DNA of 5,971 bases from Octopus sinensis (taxonomy: Eukaryota). Shown here in pieces: positions 1 through 5,971 of the stretch. The notes beneath the pieces are model-generated. The model had not been told where the DNA came from. It worked only from the letters and a program-made list of their open reading frames with translations, and searched no databases. Where the stretch lies: assembly GCF_006345805.1 (NCBI RefSeq), contig NW_021829778.1:1-5971 (forward strand). Direction: 5' to 3'. Position 1 is the stretch's first letter. Every line of letters starts with the position of its first letter. The position numbers and the translations under genes are program-made.

Positions 1-279
1 TAGATATGAGGAAACAAGGGTACTTGAGATTAGGTATGCGTAATATATTATGCAATTTTAAGAGGTGCCTAAATGTGTAGATACGAGGATACTTGAGATT
101 ATGTAATAAATTACGTAATATATTATGCAATTTGAAGAGGTACCTAGATATGAGGAAACAAGGGTACTTGAGATTAGGTATGCGTAATATATTATGCAAT
201 TTTAAGAAGTACCTAAATGTGTAGATACGAGGATACTTGAGATTCTGTAATAAATTACCTAATATATTATATTATGCAA

Positions 280-856
280 TTTGGAGAGGTTCCTAGATAT
301 GAGGAAACAAGGGTACTTGAGATTAGGTAATAAATTGCGTAATATATTATGCAATTTTTAAGAGGTGCCTAAATGTGTAGATACGAGGATACTTGAGATT
401 ATGTAATAAATTACGTAATATATTATGCAATTTAGAGAGGTTCCTAGATATGAGGAAACAAGGGTACTTGAGATTAGGTATGCGTAATATATTATGCAAT
501 TTTAAGAGGTGCCTAAATGTGTAGATACGAGGATACTTGAGATTATGTAATAAATTGCGTAATATATTGTGCATTTGGAAGGTTCCTAGATATGAGAAAC
601 AAGGGTACTTGAGATTAGGATGCGTAATATATTATGCAATTTTAAGAGGTGCCTAAATGGTGTAGTACGAGGATCTTGAGATTATGTAATAAATTGCGTA
701 ATATATTATGCAATTTGAAAAGGTTCCTAGATATGAGGAAACAAGGGTACTTGAGATTAGGAATGCGTAATATATTATGCAATTTTTAAGAGTGCCTAAA
801 TGTGTAGAGATAGGATACTTGAGATTATGTAATAAATTGCGTAATATATTATGCAA
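280..856 (+). repeat. 8-unit block, copy 1 (copy 2 at 1390-1972, offset 1110 bp)
   Basis: Same order of diagnostic variants: B-long, A(T5,TTACG), B-short(TTTAG head), A, B-short(GGAA head, GGAATG), A, B-short(GAAAA head, GGAATG), A. Confidence 0.8.
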
Positions 857-873
857 TTTGAATATATTATCAA
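857..873 (+). repeat. Collapsed 17-bp remnant of a B unit (TTTG fused to AATATATTATCAA)
   Basis: Sits where a B unit is expected, between two A units. It keeps the B head TTTG and the tail AATATATTAT(G)CAA. It could be a true deletion or a read/assembly drop-out. Confidence 0.6.
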
Positions 874-1389
874 TTTTTAAGAGTGCCTAAATGTGTAGAT
901 ACGAGGATACTTGAGATGATTAATAAATTACGTAATATATTATGCAATTTGGAGAGGTTCCTAGATATGAGGAAAAAGGGTACTTGAGAATTAGGTAATA
1001 AATTGCGTAATATATTATGCATTTTTAAGAGGTGCCTAAATGTGTAGATACGAGGATACCTGAGATTATGTAATAATTGCGTAATATATTATGCAATTTT
1101 GAGAGGTTCCTAGACATGAGAAACAAGGCTACTTGAGATTAGGTATGCGTAATATATTTGCAATTTTAAGAGGTGCCTAAATGTGTAGATACGAGGATAC
1201 TTGAGATTATGTAATAAATTACGTAATATATTATGCAATTTGGAGAGGTTCCTAGATATGAGGAAACAAGGGTACTTGAGATTAGGTAATAAATTGCGTA
1301 ATATATTATGCAATTTTTAAGAGGTGCCTAAATGTGTAGATACGAGGATACTTGAGATTATGTAATAAATTACGTAATATATTATGCAA

Positions 1390-1464
1390 TTTGGAGAGGT
1401 TCCTAGATATGAGGAAACAAGGGTACTTGAGATTAGGTAATAAATTGCGTAATATATTATGCAA
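1390..1464 (+). repeat. Type-B long monomer, 75 bp (representative; 14 copies)
   Basis: TTTGGAGAGGTTCCTAGATATGAGGAAACAAGGGTACTTGAGATTAGGTAATAAATTGCGTAATATATTATGCAA; aligns to A without gaps at 64/75 positions; e.g. also 280-354, 1239-1313, 2605-2679, 2900-2974, 4526-4600. Confidence 0.95.
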
Positions 1465-1540
1465 TTTTTAAGAGGTGCCTAAATGTGTAGATACGAGGAT
1501 ACTTGAGATTATGTAATAAATTACGTAATATATTATGCAA

Positions 1541-1609
1541 TTTAGAGAGGTTCCTAGATATGAGGAAACAAGGGTACTTGAGATTAGGTATGCGTAATAT
1601 ATTATGCAA
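1541..1609 (+). repeat. Type-B short monomer, 69 bp (representative; 21 copies including the partial first unit)
   Basis: Same as B-long but with a 6-bp deletion (GGTAATAAATTGCG -> GGTATGCG or GGAATGCG); e.g. also 131-199, 1685-1753, 2268-2336, 2756-2824, 5779-5847. Confidence 0.95.
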
Positions 1610-1753
1610 TTTTAAGAGGTGCCTAAATGTGTAGATACGAGGATACTTGAGATTATGTAATAAATTGCGTAATATATTATGCAATTTGGAAAGGTTCCTA
1701 GATATGAGGAAACAAGGGTACTTGAGATTAGGAATGCGTAATATATTATGCAA

Positions 1754-1828
1754 TTTTAAGAGGTGCCTAAATGTGTAGATACGAGGATACTTGAGATTAT
1801 GTAATAAATTGCGTAATATATTATGCAA
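1754..1828 (+). repeat. Type-A monomer, 75 bp (representative; 41 full copies, 76 bp when it starts with T5)
   Basis: TTTTAAGAGGTGCCTAAATGTGTAGATACGAGGATACTTGAGATTATGTAATAAATT(G/A)CGTAATATATTATGCAA; e.g. also 56-130, 1164-1238, 2193-2267, 4601-4675, 5478-5552, 5890-5964. Confidence 0.95.
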
Positions 1829-1829
1829 T
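1796..1829. promoter_or_regulatory. Triad of 10-bp boxes ATTATGTAAT-aa-ATT(G/A)CGTAAT-at-ATTATGCAAT matching PAR-bZIP/NFIL3 and C/EBP-type consensus sites (representative; function unproven)
   Basis: The 12-bp periodicity is directly visible. The match to RTTAYGTAAY (PAR-bZIP/E4BP4) and RTTGCGYAAY (C/EBP) is from established consensus motifs. A regulatory role is inference only, and the host is unknown. Confidence 0.3.
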
Positions 1830-1831
1830 TT
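1806..1831. repeat. 26-bp imperfect palindrome at the monomer junction (representative; a version is present in essentially every full unit)
   Basis: AAATTGCGTAATA|TATTATGCAATTT is self-complementary except for one G/T pair. It is shortened to 18 bp (TGCGTAATATATTATGCA) in B-short units, has an extra mismatch in TTACG-allele units, and is absent from 42-bp units. Confidence 0.93.
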
Positions 1832-2336
1832 GAAAAGGTTCCTAGATATGAGGAAACAAGGGTACTTGAGATTAGGAATGCGTAATATATTATGCAATTT
1901 TAAGAGGTGCCTAAATGTGTAGATACGAGGATACTTGAGATTATGTAATAAATTGCGTAATATATTATGCAATTTTTAAGAGGTGCCTAAATATGTAGAT
2001 ACGAGGATACTTGAGATTATGTAATAAATTACGTAATATATTATGCAATTTTAAGAGGTGCCTAAATGTGTAGATACGAGGATACTTGAGATTATGTAAT
2101 AAATTGCGTAATATATTATGCAATTTTGAGAGGTTCCTAGATATGAGGAAACAAGGGTACTTGAGATTAGGTATGCGTAATATATTATGCAATTTTAAGA
2201 GGTGCCTAAATGTGTAGATACGAGGATACTTGAGATTATGTAATAAATTACGTAATATATTATGCAATTTGGAGAGGTTCCTAGACATGAGGAAACAAGG
2301 GTACTTGAGATTAGGTATGCGTAATATATTATGCAA

Positions 2337-2378
2337 TTTTAAGAGGTGCCTAAATGTGTAGATACGAGGATACTTGAA
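2337..2378 (+). repeat. 42-bp truncated type-A monomer (representative; 10 copies)
   Basis: TTTTAAGAGGTGCCTAAATGTGTAGATACGAGGATACTTGAA followed directly by the next A head. Copies start at about 2337, 3483, 3817, 3859, 4042, 4085, 4267, 4967, 5146 and 5848. Confidence 0.92.
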
Positions 2379-2679
2379 TTTTAAGAGGTGCCTAAATGTG
2401 TAGATACGTGGATACTTGAGATTATGTAATAAATTGCGTAATATATTATGCAATTTGGAGAGGTTCCTAGATATGAGGAAACAAGGGTACTTGAGATTAG
2501 GTAATAAATTGTGTAATATATTATGCAATTTTTAAGAGGTGCCTAAATGTGTAGATACGAGGATACTTGAGATGATGTAATAAATTACGTAATATATTAT
2601 GCAATTTGGAGAGGTTCCTAGATATGAGGAAACAAGGGTACTTGAGATTAGGTAATAAATTGCGTAATATATTATGCAA

Positions 2680-3266
2680 TTTTTAAGAGGTGCCTAAATG
2701 TGTAGATACGAGGATACTTGAGATTATGTAATAAATTGCGTAATATATTATGCAATTTGGAGAGGTTCCTAGACATGAGGAAACAAGGGTACTTGAGATT
2801 AGGTATGCGTAATATATTATGCAATTTTAAGAGGTGCCTAAATGTGTAGATACGAGGATACTTGAGATTATGTAATAAATTACGTAATATATTATGCAAT
2901 TTGGAGAGGTTCCTAGATATGAGGAAACAAGGGTACTTGAGATTAGGTAATAAATTGCGTAATATATTATGCAATTTTTAAGAGGTGCCTAAATGTGTAG
3001 ATACGAGGATACTTGAGATTATGTAATAAATTGCGTAATATATTATGCAATTTGGAGAGGTTCCTAGACATGAGGAAACAAGGCTACTTGAGATTAGGTA
3101 TGCGTAATATATTATGCAATTTTAAGAGGTGCCTAAATGTGTAGATACGAGGATACTTGAGATTATGTAATAAATTACGTAATATTATGCAATTTGGAAT
3201 GGTTCCTAGATATGAGGAAACAAGGGTACTTGAAATTAGGTAATAATTGCGTAATATATTATGCAA
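2680..3266 (+). repeat. Tandem duplication of a ~295-bp tetramer (2680-2974 and 2975-3266)
   Basis: Both copies read A(T5,TTGCG) - B-short(GACATG) - A(TTACG) - B-long. Confidence 0.75.
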
Positions 3267-3747
3267 TTTTTAAGAGGTGCCTAAATGTGTAGATACGAGG
3301 ATACTTGAGATTATGAATAAATTACGTAATATATTATGCAATTTAGAAGGTTCCTAGATATGAGGAAACAAGGGTAATTGAGATTAGGTATGCGTAATAT
3401 ATTATGCAATTTTAAGAGGTGCCTAATGGGTAGATACGAGGATACTTGAGATTATGTATAAATTACGTAATATATTATGCAATTTTAAGAGGTGCCTAAT
3501 GTTTCGATACGAGGATACTTGAATTTTAAGAGGTGCCTAAAGTGTAGATACGAGGATACTTGAGATTATGTAATAAATTGCGTAATATATTATGCAATTT
3601 GAGAGGTTCCTAGATATGAGGAAACAAGGGTACTTGAGATTAGGTATTAAATTGTGTAATATATTATGCAATTTTTAAGAGGTGCCTAAATGTGTAGATA
3701 CGAGGATACTTGAGATGATGTAATAAATTGCGTAATATATTATGCAA

Positions 3748-4199
3748 TTTGGAGAGGTTCCTAGACATGAGGAAACAAGGGTACTTGAGATTAGGTATGC
3801 GTAATATATTATGCAATTTTAAGAGGTGCCTAAATGTGTAGATACGAGGATACTTGAATTTTAAGAGGTGCCTAAATGTGTAGATACGAGGATACTTAAA
3901 TTTTAAGAGGTGCCTAAATGTGTAGATACGAGGATACTTGAGATTAGTAATAAATTGCGTATATATTATGCAATTTGGAGAGGTTCCTAGACATGAGAAA
4001 CAAGGGTACTTGAGATTAGGTATGCGTAATATATTATGCAATTTTTAAGAGTTGCCTAAATGTGTAGATACGAGGATACTTGAATTTTAAGAGGTGCCTA
4101 AATGTGTAGATACGAGATACTTAAATTTTAAGAGGTGCCTAAATGTGTAGATACGAGGATACTTGAGATTATGTAATAAATTGCGTAATATATTATGCA
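3748..4199 (+). repeat. Tandem duplication of a ~226-bp block (3748-3973 and 3974-4199)
   Basis: Both copies read B-short(GACATG) - 42mer - 42mer(ACTTAAA variant) - A(TTGCG). The double 42mer occurs nowhere else. Confidence 0.82.
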
Positions 4200-4675
4200 T
4201 TTGGAGAGGTTCCTAGACTGAGGAAACAAGGGTACTGAGATTAGGTATGCGTAATATATTATGCAATTTTAAGAGGTGCCTAAATGTGTAGATACGAGGA
4301 TACTTAATTTTAAGAGGTGCCTAATGTGTAGATACGAGGATACTTGAGATTATGTATAAATTGCGTAATATATTATGCAATTTGGAGAGGTTCCTAGATA
4401 TGAGGAAACAAGGTACTTGAGATTAGGTATAAATTGCGTAATATATTATGCAATTTTAAGAGGTTGCTAAATGTGTAGATACGAGGATACTTGAGAGATT
4501 ATAAATTACGTAATATATTATGCAATTTGGAGAGGTTCCTAGATATGAGGAAACAAGGGTACTTGAGATTAGGTAATAAATTGCGTAATATATTATGCAA
4601 TTTTAAGAGGTGCCTAAATGTGTAGATACGAGGATACTTGAGATTATGTAATAAATTACGTAATATATTATGCAA

Positions 4676-5078
4676 TTTGAAAAGGTTCCTAGATATGAGG
4701 AAACAAGGGTACTTGAGATTAGGTAATAAATTGCGTAATATATTATGCAATTTTTAAGAGGTGCCTAAATATGTAGATACGAGGATACTTGAGATTATGT
4801 AATAAATTACGTAATATATTATGCAATTTTAAGAGGTGCCTAAATGTGTAGAACGAAGGATACTTGAGATTATGTAATAAATTACGTAATATATTATGCA
4901 ATTTGGAGAGGTTCCTAACATGAGGAACAGGGTACTTGAGTTATGTATGCGTAATATATTATGCAATTTTAAGAGGTGCCTATGTGTAGATACGAAGATA
5001 CTTGAATTTTAAGAGTGCCTAAATGTGTAGATACGAGATACTTGAGATTAGTAATAAATTGCGTAATATATTATGCAA
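4676..5078 (+). repeat. 6-unit block, copy 1 (copy 2 at 5553-5964, 412 bp, offset 877 bp)
   Basis: Both read B-long(GAAAA head) - A(T5,AAATATG,TTACG) - A(TTACG) - B-short(CATG) - 42mer - A(TTGCG). Confidence 0.8.
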
Positions 5079-5552
5079 TTTGAGAGGTTCCTAGACATGA
5101 GGAACAAGGGTACTTAAGATTAGGTATGCGTAATATATTATGCAATTTTAAGAGGTGCCTAAATGTGTAGATACGAGATACTTGAATTTTAAGAGGTGCC
5201 TAAATGTGTAGATACGAGGATACTTGAGATTATGTATAAATTGCGTAATATTATGCAATTTGAGAGGTTCCTAGATATGAGGAAACAAGGGTACTTGAGA
5301 TTAGGTAATAAATTGCGTAATATATTATGCAATTTTTAAAGAGTGCCTAAATGTGTAGATACGAGGATACTTGAGATTATGTAATAAATTGCGTAATATA
5401 TTGTGCAATTTGGAAAGGTTCCTAGATATGAGGAAACAAGGGTACTTGAGATTAGGAATGCGTAATATATTATGCAATTTTAAGAGGTGCCTAAATGTGT
5501 AGATACGAGGATACTTGAGATTATGTAATAAATTGCGTAATATATTATGCAA

Positions 5553-5964
5553 TTTGAAAAGGTTCCTAGATATGAGGAAACAAGGGTACTTGAGATTAGG
5601 TAATAAATTGCGTAATATATTATGCAATTTTTAAGAGGTGCCTAAATATGTAGATACGAGGATACTTGAGATTATGTAATAAATTACGTAATATATTATG
5701 CAATTTTAAGAGGTGCCTAAATGTGTAGATACGAGGATACTTGAGATTATGTAATAAATTACGTAATATATTATGCAATTTGGAGAGGTTCCTAGACATG
5801 AGGAAACAAGGGTACTTGAGATTAGGTATGCGTAATATATTATGCAATTTTAAGAGGTGCCTAAATGTGTAGATACGAGGATACTTGAATTTTAAGAGGT
5901 GCCTAAATGTGTAGATACGAGGATACTTGAGATTATGTAATAAATTGCGTAATATATTATGCAA
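5553..5964 (+). repeat. 6-unit block (412 bp), copy 2 of 4676-5078
   Basis: Same ordered variant series as 4676-5078; this copy has no indels relative to consensus. Confidence 0.8.
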
Positions 5965-5971
5965 TTTGGAG

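Larger units (their letters stand above)
1390..1972 (+). repeat. 8-unit block (583 bp), copy 2 of 280-856
   Basis: Shares the ordered TTTAG / GGAAAGG+GGAATG / GAAAAGG+GGAATG marker series with 280-856. Confidence 0.8.
1..5971. repeat. Tandem repeat array (satellite/minisatellite-like) of ~88 units derived from a 75-bp monomer, mostly alternating A and B subtypes (A+B dimer of 144 or 151 bp); runs off both window edges
   Basis: Direct manual parse: every base falls in an A unit (TTTTAAGAGGTGCCTAAATGTGTAGATACGAGGATACTTGA...), a B unit (TTTGGAGAGGTTCCTAGATATGAGGAAACAAGGGTACTTGA...) or a deletion derivative, all in one orientation. Confidence 0.98.

Noticed and set aside
1400-1416. Small hairpin TTCCT-AGATATG-AGGAA in B units as a terminator
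   Set aside because: It has only a 5-bp weak stem and no adjacent U-tract, and the structure is not kept in A units.
1432-1438. TTAGG (insect telomere motif) in each B unit and CCTAAA in each A unit
   Set aside because: These are single isolated 5-6-mers per unit, never tandem and in opposite orientations; expected by chance at this composition.
1806-1831. Xer/dif-like recombination site (11-bp arms, TAA...TTATG)
   Set aside because: dif sites have TAA-N6-TTA with a TTATGTTAAAT XerD arm. Here the spacing is TAA-N4-TTA, the right arm matches only 7/11, and the site is present in tandem dozens of times.
1965-1980. Programmed frameshift or slippage joining adjacent ORFs at the A5 run
   Set aside because: There is no XXXYYYZ heptamer, and an A5 run is shorter than typical transcriptional slippage tracts. 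There is no evidence the region is translated.
1457-2528. Leucine-rich-repeat-like protein (23-25-aa period, PNLKY...SRNLSKL)
   Set aside because: The LxxLxLxxNxL register is not satisfied (Pro falls at a core Leu position). L/N/I/K richness follows from AT-rich codons, and near-identical DNA copies are atypical of LRR genes.
347-5964. The 11 minus-strand ORFs as protein-coding genes
   Set aside because: They are pure translations of the repeat. 10 of 11 start at TTG, and the one ATG (572-574) is created by a missing A. Their ends are set by a homopolymer variant or by singleton indels, there is no unique N- or C-terminal domain, and A/B divergence is mostly non-synonymous. Kept only as a hypothesis under findings.
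1-5971. CRISPR array (palindromic constant part alternating with ~31-bp variable parts)
   Set aside because: The apparent spacers are only two sequences, homologous to each other and repeated dozens of times. There are no unique spacers, leader or cas genes.
1-5971. Rolling-circle, MDA or single-template reverse-transcription concatemer artefact
   Set aside because: Copying one circle or template gives a fixed period. Here there are inherited variant blocks of different lengths in a mosaic order with no inversions, which fits a genomic array evolving by duplication.

Overview
The entire 5,971-bp window is one uninterrupted, head-to-tail, AT-rich (~31% GC; G:C about 3:1 on the + strand) satellite/minisatellite-type tandem array. 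There is no unique sequence, no recognisable gene and no RNA gene. By hand I parse about 88 units, all derived from one 75-bp ancestor: 41 full type-A monomers (75/76 bp), 14 long type-B (75 bp), 21 short type-B (69 bp), ten 42-bp truncated A units, one collapsed unit and a partial unit at the right edge (the left-edge unit is a partial short B). A and B are 85% identical without gaps. Each full monomer ends in a tail of 10-bp near-palindromic boxes (ATTRYGYAAT) at 12-bp spacing, three in A units, which includes an 18-26-bp inverted repeat. Unit order is a mosaic of duplicated blocks with strict linkage rules, not a fixed higher-order repeat. The listed minus-strand ORFs are translations of the repeat (10 of 11 start at TTG) and are not called as genes, although the main unit lengths (75, 69, 42) all preserve that frame. 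Host organism and genomic location cannot be determined from this window.
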